Of a DNA stretch of 64,000 bases, positions 48,567 to 57,754 are shown in pieces. Positions within the stretch are counted from its first letter, which is position 1, and the number at the start of each line of letters is the position of its first letter. Source of the stretch: Planctomycetota bacterium (GTDB taxonomy: Bacteria; Planctomycetota; UBA1135; UBA2386); NCBI GenBank assembly GCA_965223545.1, contig OZ245006.1:3552001-3616000 (forward strand), given 5' to 3'. The translations under genes and the position numbers were made by a program. The notes under the pieces are model-generated. The model did no database searches. It was given only the letters and a program-made list of their open reading frames with translations, and was not told where the DNA came from.

Positions 48567-50292
48567 ACCGGCGACGGCGATCCTGCTCGAGCAGCGGCTG
48601 GCGACCGACCGCAACGTTCCGCACGCCGACGTGTGGAGCGCCGGCTTGCCCGCGCTGTTCGCCGCACTCGAGTCCCCCGCCGACCCGCGGCTGGGCGGCA
48701 AGATCCGCGCTCGACTGCGCCTCACCGGGCAGGACGATCCTCGCCTCGACGGGTACGACCCCGTCGCTCCCAACGCCGCGGTGCCGGTCGTCCTCAACGT
48801 GGGCGAAGACATGGAGATCGGCTTCTTGGCGTTTCGCAAGAGCAACATCGTGGTCACCGGCGACCCGGTGCAGGCCGACCCCGACTTCGCCGACGCGATC
48901 CGCGCCGCGCGCGCCAGTCTTCGGCGTCGCTATCGCGTGTTCGGTACGCTGACGCCACACTTCGACAGCCCGTCGCGCCCCGACAGCGTGCGCGGCAGCT
49001 CGATCGGTCCGGCCGCGCTGGTCGCCGCCGTCTTGGCCACCGGCATCGCCAACATCCCGGGCGGGCTGTACCTCGACTCCGAGCACGAATACGATCCCGA
49101 CCGTGATGTGTTTCCGTGGGTCCCCCTCGGTGCGTGGAATCCCCGGCGCGAAGGACTGCTGCCGCTGGAGCCCGAGGTCCTGACGAAGAAGATGACCGCC
49201 GCGCGGCGCGCCGGTTTCCGGCATTTCCTCGTCGTCGGCGACCGTCACGACGCAATCGGCAAGCTCGCCACCGGCCTCGCGCAAGAACTCGGCGCATACC
49301 CACCGGAGTTCGTACCCGAGAACATCGACGACGCGTTACAGGTCGTCGTGCACGCCTTCGTCGGTGCCCGCGACCGCGCCTACTTCGAGAGTCTGCGGGA
49401 GACCGTGGAGATCGCCGACTCGATCGCCCACCATTCGGCGCGCGCACACCCCACGTCACGGGCCGAGCTGGCCCGGCTGGCGCAGCATCCGTTCAGCCGC
49501 AGCGTTCTGGCGCAAGCCGCGCACTGTTTGCAGCACCCCGAATGGCAGGTCGACCAGGGTCCATTCTGGTGGGATGACAAGCCAAACCTGAATGTGCTCA
49601 ATGAGCTGGGGATCGAGGCGTTCGGTCCGATCCCATCTCGCTTCGGCAAGCGGCGCGACTACTTCGCGCGCGTCCTGTCGGTCGACCCCCGCATGTACGC
49701 GACGCAACACCACCGCGCTGATGCCGTCGGCTACATCGGCGTGCTACCCCTCACCGAACGCGCAACGGGTCACTACCTGCGTGGCCTGGTCTCGCAGTTC
49801 GAGTGGACCGAGCGCGACCTCAAGCCCCACGACGCCGGGACGTGCCACACGGTGTACGTGCAGGCGCTCTACATCCGCGACGAGAACCGCGACCACACGG
49901 CAGCCGCGCTACGCATCGCTCTGCTCGAGATCTGCGAGCGCGTCGCGAAGCTGCTGCCGGACGATTGGTGTCCGGGCCGCGCCCCACACCCGCGGATCTT
50001 GGCCGAGGGCACGACGCCTGCCGGCAAGCGCCTACTGGCGCGCACCGGCTGGAACCGCATCGGCACCAGTGCGCTCGCCAATCCAATCTTCGAATTCCGC
50101 CTCGACAACCACGAGCGGAGCTGGCCGGCGAATCTGCAGCCAACCCCGGACACGCGGTTCGGCCACTTGAGGCTGGCGTTCGGCATCGGCTGGCTCCCGC
50201 GCCGGCCGGCGACCGCGCCGCGCCACGCGCCGGTGCGCTCGCGCCCCCACCGCGAACAGGGCGGGGCAACGGCGTTGTCCGCCGAGCCTTGA
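48559..50292 (+). CDS. Lon-like (S16) protease domain + GNAT-like domain fusion
   Basis: VRGSSIGPAAL (Lon DGPSAG-like) and KKMTAARRAGFRHFLV (Lon EK..AA.RAG-like); C-terminal VGYIGVLPL...VYVQAL...AEGTTPAGKRLLARTGW. Confidence 0.65.
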   Translation: MAKPATAILLEQRLATDRNVPHADVWSAGLPALFAALESPADPRLGGKIRARLRLTGQDDPRLDGYDPVAPNAAVPVVLNVGEDMEIGFLAFRKSNIVVTGDPVQADPDFADAIRAARASLRRRYRVFGTLTPHFDSPSRPDSVRGSSIGPAALVAAVLATGIANIPGGLYLDSEHEYDPDRDVFPWVPLGAWNPRREGLLPLEPEVLTKKMTAARRAGFRHFLVVGDRHDAIGKLATGLAQELGAYPPEFVPENIDDALQVVVHAFVGARDRAYFESLRETVEIADSIAHHSARAHPTSRAELARLAQHPFSRSVLAQAAHCLQHPEWQVDQGPFWWDDKPNLNVLNELGIEAFGPIPSRFGKRRDYFARVLSVDPRMYATQHHRADAVGYIGVLPLTERATGHYLRGLVSQFEWTERDLKPHDAGTCHTVYVQALYIRDENRDHTAAALRIALLEICERVAKLLPDDWCPGRAPHPRILAEGTTPAGKRLLARTGWNRIGTSALANPIFEFRLDNHERSWPANLQPTPDTRFGHLRLAFGIGWLPRRPATAPRHAPVRSRPHREQGGATALSAEP

Positions 50293-50328
50293 GCAATCGG
50301 CCACCCTCGCGCCCCGCCCGGCCAGGGC

Positions 50329-51978
50329 CTACAGCCCGAAGCCGGCGCTGAAGAACCCCGACACCGAGCCGAACAGCTCCTCGAAGAACAGCTCGGCCTC
50401 CGGATCGACGCGCCGGTCGGTGACGACGTATTCGCCCTTCGCCATACCGCCCGCCGCCCAGTGCCCGCGCGCCATACCGCCGACGGCCACATAGCCGGCG
50501 ACGACACCACCAGTGGCTACCCACGCGAGGCCGATGCCGGCGAACGTGACCGCGCCGAGCGCGAGACCGCCCGAGCTCAACAGACCGGCGGCGAGCCCAC
50601 CCCACGAGACCAGTCCGCACGCAACGCCACCACACGCGATGCCGCCGACCGCGACGCGGCCCAACGCGATTCCGCCATATGCCGTTTCTCCGCACGCGAG
50701 CCAGCCCTTGGCGATGCGCGCCGGGACTCCCGGCAGCCGCGGACCACCGACGAAGTGCACCAAGGGCAGGCCGAGCACGGTGGTCGCCGAACGATAATCG
50801 GTGCCCTGACCGCGGCTCATGCTGCGCATGCCCGCCCACAGGCGGCGGAGCGGCCCGCCCTGCTCGGCCCGCGCCTTGGTCGCGCGCCCCTCGGCGAGAG
50901 CCTCGAGATCGTCGCGCAGAGCGATCGCCGTCGCGTAGCGCTCTTCCGGCGCGTGCGCCATGGCCCGGCGGACCACCGCGGCCGCATCGGCGCTGCGCTC
51001 GCGCGCGAGAGCGCGGATCGACGGCGGCACGGTGCGGCGGATCGACTCGATCACTTCCAAGAAGCTCCCGCCGCGGAACGGCCGCACTCCCGCCAACGCC
51101 TCGTACAACGTCACGCCGAAGCTGTAGATGTCGGTGCGGTGGTCGACCTCCACGCCCGTGAGATGGGCCTGCTCCGGGGACATGTAGTACGGCGTCCCCA
51201 GCCCCTCTCCAGTCAGCGACAGCGCCGGGTCGGCGTCCGCCTTGGCCAAGCCGAAGTCGACCAACACCGCGCGGCCATCGCCGTGGATCAAGATGTTGGA
51301 CGGCTTGACGTCACGGTGCACCAACCCGTGCGCATGCGCCGCGGAGAGCGCATCCACCGCCGGCGCCAGCAGCGTCGCCACCGCCTGCTCGTAGTCGCGC
51401 GTGCGCGACGCCAAGGAGGCGATCCCGGCGGCGCGCGCCAGGTCGTCCGCGGTCCGCGGCCGATCGTTGGGCAACGCCTGCAGCACCGTCGCCAACGACG
51501 GTCCCTCGACGTACTCCATCGCCAGCCAGTGATGGCCGTGGCTCTCGCCGACGCCGTGGATCTGCACGACGTGCGGATGCCGCAGGCTGGCGATCGCCAG
51601 CGCCTCGCGCTCGAACCGATCGACGTGGCGCGGATCGACCGCCAGTCCCGGCCGCAGGATCTTGAGCGCGACCGGGCGCCGCAGAGCGGTGTCGTGCGCC
51701 AGCCAGACCACGGCCATGCCGCCCCGCCCCAGCTCGCGCTCCAATCGATACTGATCGAACGCGGCACCCGGCACCAGCGCCGCCGAGGTCGCCGCCGGCC
51801 GCGCCAACCCCGCATCGATCATCTTGAGAACGCGCTCCAACCCCGGCCGCACCGGCGCTGGCACTCGGCCCAAGACGTCGCGGTGCCGCGGCTGCTGGCC
51901 GGTGGCGATGGCGTCCGAGTACTCCGACACCAAGGTATCGAGCACATCGTCCAGGGACGGGTCGTTGGCTTCGGACAT
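50329..51978 (-). CDS. Ser/Thr protein kinase with Gly-rich hydrophobic repeat C-terminus
   Basis: LGRGGMA, VALK, HRDVKPSN, DFGLAK, GTPYYMSPEQ; about 10-residue GG.A.G repeats. Confidence 0.95.
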   Translation of the reverse strand: MSEANDPSLDDVLDTLVSEYSDAIATGQQPRHRDVLGRVPAPVRPGLERVLKMIDAGLARPAATSAALVPGAAFDQYRLERELGRGGMAVVWLAHDTALRRPVALKILRPGLAVDPRHVDRFEREALAIASLRHPHVVQIHGVGESHGHHWLAMEYVEGPSLATVLQALPNDRPRTADDLARAAGIASLASRTRDYEQAVATLLAPAVDALSAAHAHGLVHRDVKPSNILIHGDGRAVLVDFGLAKADADPALSLTGEGLGTPYYMSPEQAHLTGVEVDHRTDIYSFGVTLYEALAGVRPFRGGSFLEVIESIRRTVPPSIRALARERSADAAAVVRRAMAHAPEERYATAIALRDDLEALAEGRATKARAEQGGPLRRLWAGMRSMSRGQGTDYRSATTVLGLPLVHFVGGPRLPGVPARIAKGWLACGETAYGGIALGRVAVGGIACGGVACGLVSWGGLAAGLLSSGGLALGAVTFAGIGLAWVATGGVVAGYVAVGGMARGHWAAGGMAKGEYVVTDRRVDPEAELFFEELFGSVSGFFSAGFGL

Positions 51979-52150
51979 GGGAAGCTTGAGCGGAACGCGG
52001 GGGCAGATTCGCCGCCGATTGTCGCGATTTTCCGGGGCGACACGGCGATCCACCCGGCCGCCAAGATGCTGCGAACGCTGCTCTACGAGGGGGTCGCGCT
52101 GCCACGCCCCAACTTACGACGTTGCGCGGGCCCGGTGCGATGAAGGAATC

Positions 52151-52280
52151 CGTGCCCGACATCTCCGCCTGCACCTTCTCCTCGCCACCTTCGCCAGGTG
52201 GGTGAACCGCGAGCAGGCGAGGGTGGTCGCCCTCCTCATCGAGGAGAACCGAGGCCTGCGCGAGCATCTCGGACGACCGA
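52151..52280 (+). pseudogene. Remnant N-terminus of an integrase-core (rve) type transposase
   Basis: LLLATFARWVNREQARVVALLIEENRGLREHLG resembles the N-termini of such transposases; runs directly into the stop of the convergent gene. Confidence 0.55.
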
Positions 52281-52281
52281 G

Positions 52282-53883
52282 CTACCCCCCACCGATCCGC
52301 GTCTCGAGGCCACCCGACGCGACGAGTCCAAGGCGATTGGCCGCCGGGTCGACGACGAACCACTGCGCCTGCACCGCGAGCCCCACCAACCCGCTGTCGT
52401 CGGGCACCGCGAGGCCGAGCCGCCCACTTCCAGTGAAGTCCGTGGGCGCCGCGACGGTCACCAGCTCGGCGACCCAGTCGGTGCAGCCCGGCATGCCGAT
52501 GCTCTGCAACGGGATCGCCGACCGTGCCACCCCCAATGTGACGAACCCCGGAGCTTCGAACGGCGCCGCCCGCACGCGCAGCGTTACGGTCTCGCCGAGA
52601 ATCGGCCGTTCGCGCACCTCGAGACGCATGCGGCGCGCGAGCGAGCCGTCGCAGGCGGCACCGAACCGCGTCACCTTACCCGGGTCCGCTGCGGTCACGT
52701 TCTGGAAGGTGGTGATCCGACCGCCGAACGGCGAGACCTCCGAAGCGGCCGGGACACCGACCAACAGGTCCGGTCTGCCGTCGTCGTTCAAGTCGCCGAC
52801 GGCGACGCTCGCACCGAACACCTCACCGCCAAAACGACCGGGGAGCAGGGCAATCGTGTCGCCGTCGAGCGTGCCGTCGTGACGGACGACTTGCACATAG
52901 CCTGCTGAGAGACTCTGCGGGCTCGACGGCGCGCCGATCACCACGTCCGCGCGGCCGTCACCATCGACATCCGACGTCCGGACGACCGCGCCGAGGAGGT
53001 CCCGTCCGGTGCCGTCGAGGCGCAGTAGCTGGTTGTTGGCGATGTTGTCGAAGACGAACACTGAACCCCCATCCGAAGGCGCACCGACCACGACGTCGAG
53101 CGCACCATCACCGTCGACGTCACCGGCCGCGAGGCTGCTCCCGAAAGACTCCGCGCCGCTCGGCGCAGGAAGTCTGGCAAGCATGCCCCGGGTCCGTCCC
53201 GAGTAGATCTCGACATCGACACCGTCGAAGAACCCGAGACCGATCTCGGAGAAGCCATCTCGATCGAGATCTCCCAGACCAGCGACACTCTTCAAGCGCC
53301 GTGAGAACGATCTGCGGGAGAGTTGCTGGCCATCACGGCCCGAGTAGACGTAGGAGAATCCGAACTTGGCCGTCATTTCCGTGGCCGAGACGACGACATC
53401 GTCGAACCCGTCGTTGTTGAAGTCGCCCGCTCCGTCCACAGAACCACCGAACAACACTTCCCCGGCCGGAGCGGTCAGTGTGTGCAGGATTCCGCGCGTT
53501 CGTCCCGAGATGACGACTGCGTAGCTCGGGTCCGGACCCGCGGACCCCGGCGCACCGATCACGAAGTCGCCGACGCCATCCGCGTCGACGTCACCGGCCG
53601 CCGCCAGGGCGAGCCCGAAGAGATCGCCAGCCGGCCCACTCACCTCGAACATTGGCGCGCCACTCGCGCCCGAGTAGACCTTGACGGCGTTGTCGAGGGA
53701 CTGGCTGACGACGAGATCGTCGATGCCGTCTCCGTCGAGATCGCCGGGGATGCAGACCTCCTCGCCGAAGAGTCCCGCGGTGGACGTGGGTCGCACCGAG
53801 AAAGTCTCGAGATACTGCGCCGGCAGCGCCGCCGCGAAGAGAGTTGCCGCGAGAGCGCCGCGGCCGATCGTGGTTGGTGTCAT
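52282..53883 (-). CDS. FG-GAP (integrin-alpha propeller) repeat protein, paralog 1
   Basis: Seven GD.D.DG..D..VGAP repeats; signal peptide LPA-Q; shared C-terminal domain. Confidence 0.93.
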   Translation of the reverse strand: MTPTTIGRGALAATLFAAALPAQYLETFSVRPTSTAGLFGEEVCIPGDLDGDGIDDLVVSQSLDNAVKVYSGASGAPMFEVSGPAGDLFGLALAAAGDVDADGVGDFVIGAPGSAGPDPSYAVVISGRTRGILHTLTAPAGEVLFGGSVDGAGDFNNDGFDDVVVSATEMTAKFGFSYVYSGRDGQQLSRRSFSRRLKSVAGLGDLDRDGFSEIGLGFFDGVDVEIYSGRTRGMLARLPAPSGAESFGSSLAAGDVDGDGALDVVVGAPSDGGSVFVFDNIANNQLLRLDGTGRDLLGAVVRTSDVDGDGRADVVIGAPSSPQSLSAGYVQVVRHDGTLDGDTIALLPGRFGGEVFGASVAVGDLNDDGRPDLLVGVPAASEVSPFGGRITTFQNVTAADPGKVTRFGAACDGSLARRMRLEVRERPILGETVTLRVRAAPFEAPGFVTLGVARSAIPLQSIGMPGCTDWVAELVTVAAPTDFTGSGRLGLAVPDDSGLVGLAVQAQWFVVDPAANRLGLVASGGLETRIGGG

Positions 53884-53905
53884 GGTTTCGCCTGTCGTGT
53901 ACCCG

Positions 53906-53964
53906 GGGGCAACATCCCCCGGCTTCCCTCGCGCAGGGCGCCACGACCGACTGCCATCGTCGCC
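53906..53964 (-). promoter_or_regulatory. Conserved upstream element of FG-GAP paralog 1
   Basis: On + strand GGGGCAACATC...CCCTCGCGCAG...CGACTGCCA; repeated at 55636 and 57377. Confidence 0.65.
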
Positions 53965-54011
53965 AGACAATCTGGCGTTTCGCGATTGCGCGGGCAGCAG
54001 AGACTGTCGCC

Positions 54012-55613
54012 CTATCCCCCGCCGATCCTGGCCTCCAGTCCACCGGACGCGACGACTCCCAGGCTGTTGGCCGGCGGGTCGACCACGAACCACTGGGTCT
54101 GCAGCGCGAACCCCACCAGTCCGCTGTTGTCGGGCACCGCAAGGCCGAGCCCCCCACGCCCAGTGGAATCCGTTGCCACCGCGACCGCTACGAGCTCGGA
54201 GACCAGATCGATACAGCCGGGCATGCCGATGCTCTGCAACGGACTCGACGACCGGGACACTCCCAACGTGACGACACCCGGCGCTGTGAATGGCGCGGCG
54301 CGCACGGCCAAGACGAGGCTCTCGCCGAGGATCGGCCGCCCGCGAACCTCGAGGCGCATGCGTCGCCCCAGCGACCCGTCGCAGCCACTGTCGAACCGCT
54401 CGACCTTTCCGGGGTCCGTGGGTGTCACGTTCCGGAACGCAGTGATCCGTCCACCGTTCGGCGTGACCTCGGAGGCGAACGGTACGCCGATGACGAGGTC
54501 GGGTCTCCCGTCGTCGTCGAGGTCTCCGGCGCCGATGCTGGTCCCGAACCCCTCACCCCCGGTGCTGCCCGCTGCGAGGCCGATCGTCCTGCCGCTGGCG
54601 GTGCCGTCGTAGGCGACGATCTGCACGTAGCCCGGGGACACCCCCCCAGCCCGCGCGGGCGCGCCGGCGACGACGTCATCGCGACCATCGCCGTCGACAT
54701 CGACCGCTCGCAGGGATGCTCCCATGCACTCTCCACTGCCGCCACCGTCGATCCGCATCAACAGGGTGCTGCTCATGTTGTCGTAGACGAAGACGCTCCC
54801 GGCATCCCCGGGCGCTCCGATCATCACGTCGATTTCGCCGTCGCCATCGACATCGCCGGCCGCGAGACTTCCCCCGAACTCGGTGACTCCGCCAGGGGTG
54901 ATGAAGAAAGCCAGCCTGGTTCGCTGGCGCCCCGAGTGGACATCGACGGCGAAACTGCCGGTCGTTCCGATCCCGATCTCTGCGAACCCGTCGCCGTCCA
55001 AGTCTCCCAGGCCTGCGACCGCCGCGAGTGGGTCGATGAACGACGTGCCGTAGAGCTCGCGGCCATCGCGGCCGGAGTAGACCAGCGCCCTGCCTCTGCT
55101 GGTGCCCTCTCGGGCGGAGACGATGACGTCGTCGAACCCATCGCCGTTGAAGTCGCCTGCGCCGTTCACGCACTCACCGAACAGACTGAGGCCCGCCGGG
55201 GGAGAGATCGTGTGCAATCGGCTGCGCGTGCGCCCCGAGACGACCACCACATAGCCAGGGCTCGAGACGTTGAACTGGGGAGCACCGACGACGAAGTCGT
55301 CGACCCCGTCGGCGTCGACGTCACCGGCGGCCGCCACGCTGAACCCGAAGTCATCGCCGGCCGCGGCGCTCACTTCGAACAGGGGCAGTCCGGTCTGCCC
55401 CGAGAACACCTTCACGGTGTCGATCGTGTAATGGCCGGCGACGACGTCGTCGTTGCCATCCGCATCGAGGTCGCCGGGAATGCAGACATCGTCGCCGAAC
55501 CGGCCCTCCGGGGCCGCAGTGCGCACCGAGAACGTCTCGAGATACTGCGCCGTGAGCGATGCGGTGAGGAGCGTGGCCGCGAGAACGCCGCGGCAAGTCG
55601 TAGTTCGTGTCAT
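54012..55613 (-). CDS. FG-GAP repeat protein, paralog 2
   Basis: Same architecture and length as paralog 1; mature N-terminus QYLETFSV. Confidence 0.93.
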   Translation of the reverse strand: MTRTTTCRGVLAATLLTASLTAQYLETFSVRTAAPEGRFGDDVCIPGDLDADGNDDVVAGHYTIDTVKVFSGQTGLPLFEVSAAAGDDFGFSVAAAGDVDADGVDDFVVGAPQFNVSSPGYVVVVSGRTRSRLHTISPPAGLSLFGECVNGAGDFNGDGFDDVIVSAREGTSRGRALVYSGRDGRELYGTSFIDPLAAVAGLGDLDGDGFAEIGIGTTGSFAVDVHSGRQRTRLAFFITPGGVTEFGGSLAAGDVDGDGEIDVMIGAPGDAGSVFVYDNMSSTLLMRIDGGGSGECMGASLRAVDVDGDGRDDVVAGAPARAGGVSPGYVQIVAYDGTASGRTIGLAAGSTGGEGFGTSIGAGDLDDDGRPDLVIGVPFASEVTPNGGRITAFRNVTPTDPGKVERFDSGCDGSLGRRMRLEVRGRPILGESLVLAVRAAPFTAPGVVTLGVSRSSSPLQSIGMPGCIDLVSELVAVAVATDSTGRGGLGLAVPDNSGLVGFALQTQWFVVDPPANSLGVVASGGLEARIGGG

Positions 55614-55635
55614 GGTTCTGACTGCTGTCAAGGTC

Positions 55636-55696
55636 GGGGCAACATCGCCCCACCTCCCTCGCGCAGAACACGGTTCGCGACTGCCAAGCGTCGCCC
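55636..55696 (-). promoter_or_regulatory. Conserved upstream element of FG-GAP paralog 2
   Basis: GGGGCAACATC...CCCTCGCGCAG...CGACTGCCA at the same distance from the ATG as in paralog 1. Confidence 0.65.
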
Positions 55697-55753
55697 AAAG
55701 CACCGGGCAGCAGCTCCATGAGCGCGCCCGAACCGACGCGAAGAGCGCCGTAC

Positions 55754-57352
55754 CTAGCCCGCGCCGATCGTGACCTCGAGCCCGCCAGAGGCGACGACTC
55801 CGAGGCTGTTGGCCGGCGGGTCGACCACGAACCACTGGCTCTGCAGGTCCAGCCCCACCAACGCGCTGTTGGCCGGCACCGCGAGGCCGAGTTGCCCTCG
55901 CCCACTGCTGTCCGTGCGCACCGCGACCGCCATGAGCTCCGAGACCAGATCGGTACAGCCCGGCATGCCGATCCCCTGCAGCGGGGTGGCCGCGCGCGCC
56001 AGCCCCAGCGAAACCACGCCGAGAGCACCGACCGGTGCCGCGCGGACGCGCAGCGAGAAGTTCGCGCCGAGAATGGGCCTGCCGCCCACCTCGAGGCGCA
56101 TGCGGCGCCCCAGCGACCCGTCACAGCCCTTGCCGAACCGCGTCATGTTTCCGGGGTCCGCCGGAGTCACGTTCTCGAAAGTCGTGATCCGACCGCCCAG
56201 CGGCGTGATCTCCGAGGCGCGCGGCACGCCGACGACGAGGTCCGGCTTGCCGTCATCGTTGACGTCGCCAAGGCCGACATCGACTCCAAACTGCTCGCCG
56301 CCGAACTTCCCGGGGAGCAACCCGATGGTTCTGCCATTGGGGGTGCCGTCATGGCCAACAACGAGCACGTAGCCTGCAGAGAGTGACGGATTGATATTCG
56401 GCGCGCCGGCAACGACATCGGCGCGGCCGTCACCATCGATGTCAGCCGCTCGGACGACCGTTCCCAGCTGGTCGTTTCCCGTGCCGTCGATCCGCATGAG
56501 CTGGGAGCGCGTTGGGTGATCGTAGACGAAGACCGTACCTGCAGAGGCGCCCGCGCCGATGATCACTTCGAGATCGCCATCGCCGTCGACATCTCCGGAA
56601 GCGAGACTCTGGCCGAAGTTCGTGATCCCAGACGGTTGAAAGTACGTGGCGAGCGTACCTCGCGTCCGGCCCGAGACGATCTCGGTGTCGAATCCGTTCT
56701 CGACTCCGATACCAATCTCCGCAAACCCATCTCCGTCGAGATCCCCCAGCCCAGCGACACAGAAGATCTTCGACGGGAGAGTCTCGCGCTGCAGCTCGCG
56801 ACCATCGCGACCGGAATAGACATAGACGCTGCCTTGCCGGGCGCCGTCGAAAGTGGAAACGACAACGTCGTCGAACCCGTCGTTGTTGAAATCGCCGGCT
56901 GCGGCGACGTGCTCGCCGAACGCTTGTTGCCCCACGGGCGCCACAATGGTGCGCAAGCGGCTCCGCGTGCGTCCCGAGACGACGACGACGTAGCCCGAGC
57001 CACCCCCGACGAACTGCGGCGCACCGATCACGAGGTCTCCGACTCCGTCCGCGTCGACGTCACCCGCCGACGCGACGCTCCAGCCGAAGTCGTCGCCCGA
57101 AGCCCCGTTGAGCTCGAACAAGAACCGCCCCCCCTGCCCTGAGTACACCTTGACGGTGTCAATCGAGTGATGGCTGGCGACGACGTCGTCGTTCCCATCC
57201 CCGTCGAAATCGCCGGGGATGCAGACCGATTGACCGAAGAACCCCTCGGGGGCTGCGGTGTGCACGGAGAACGTCTCGAGATACTGGGCCGGGAGCGCCC
57301 CGGCCAACAACGCTGCCGCGAGCAGGTCGCGGCCGATCATGGTTGGTCTCAT
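55754..57352 (-). CDS. FG-GAP repeat protein, paralog 3
   Basis: Same architecture; mature N-terminus QYLETFSV. Confidence 0.93.
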   Translation of the reverse strand: MRPTMIGRDLLAAALLAGALPAQYLETFSVHTAAPEGFFGQSVCIPGDFDGDGNDDVVASHHSIDTVKVYSGQGGRFLFELNGASGDDFGWSVASAGDVDADGVGDLVIGAPQFVGGGSGYVVVVSGRTRSRLRTIVAPVGQQAFGEHVAAAGDFNNDGFDDVVVSTFDGARQGSVYVYSGRDGRELQRETLPSKIFCVAGLGDLDGDGFAEIGIGVENGFDTEIVSGRTRGTLATYFQPSGITNFGQSLASGDVDGDGDLEVIIGAGASAGTVFVYDHPTRSQLMRIDGTGNDQLGTVVRAADIDGDGRADVVAGAPNINPSLSAGYVLVVGHDGTPNGRTIGLLPGKFGGEQFGVDVGLGDVNDDGKPDLVVGVPRASEITPLGGRITTFENVTPADPGNMTRFGKGCDGSLGRRMRLEVGGRPILGANFSLRVRAAPVGALGVVSLGLARAATPLQGIGMPGCTDLVSELMAVAVRTDSSGRGQLGLAVPANSALVGLDLQSQWFVVDPPANSLGVVASGGLEVTIGAG

Positions 57353-57376
57353 GGCTTCTGCCTGTCGAAAAGAGCC

Positions 57377-57435
57377 GGGGCGACATCACCCCGACCCCCC
57401 TCGCGCAGAACGCCACGTCCGACTGCCATCTCCCC
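57377..57435 (-). promoter_or_regulatory. Conserved upstream element of FG-GAP paralog 3
   Basis: GGGGCGACATC...CCCTCGCGCAG...CGACTGCCA. Confidence 0.65.
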
Positions 57436-57754
57436 ACCTTCGGTCAAGCGCAGAACGGGATCGGCCTCGAAAGCCGGTGTGAGCCTCGGGGTCCGAGAAC
57501 GTTCGAGCGGCAACAACCTTTCGGAAGGCCCGTCGTCGCCGGGACTTCGATACCGCAACTCCCGGAGGCTCGAAGACAACACTGGCCTCTGGGCTCAGCG
57601 CGGCCGCCGGCGACCGCGGGACCCGCGACCGACGCTCGGGTCGCGGAATGCTCCGTGTTTGGTTGCGGCCCCGGCCGCGCTGAGAGCTCCACCGAACGGA
57701 CCGACCAAGCGGCTTGGCCACGCGACGACGGCTTCCTACGCTGCTGCGCCGCCC

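Noticed and set aside
52282..57352. Repetitive GACGTCGAC/GGCGAC-type sequences as a CRISPR array or DGR
   Set aside because: They are codons of FG-GAP protein repeats; there is no repeat-spacer periodicity, cas gene or reverse transcriptase.
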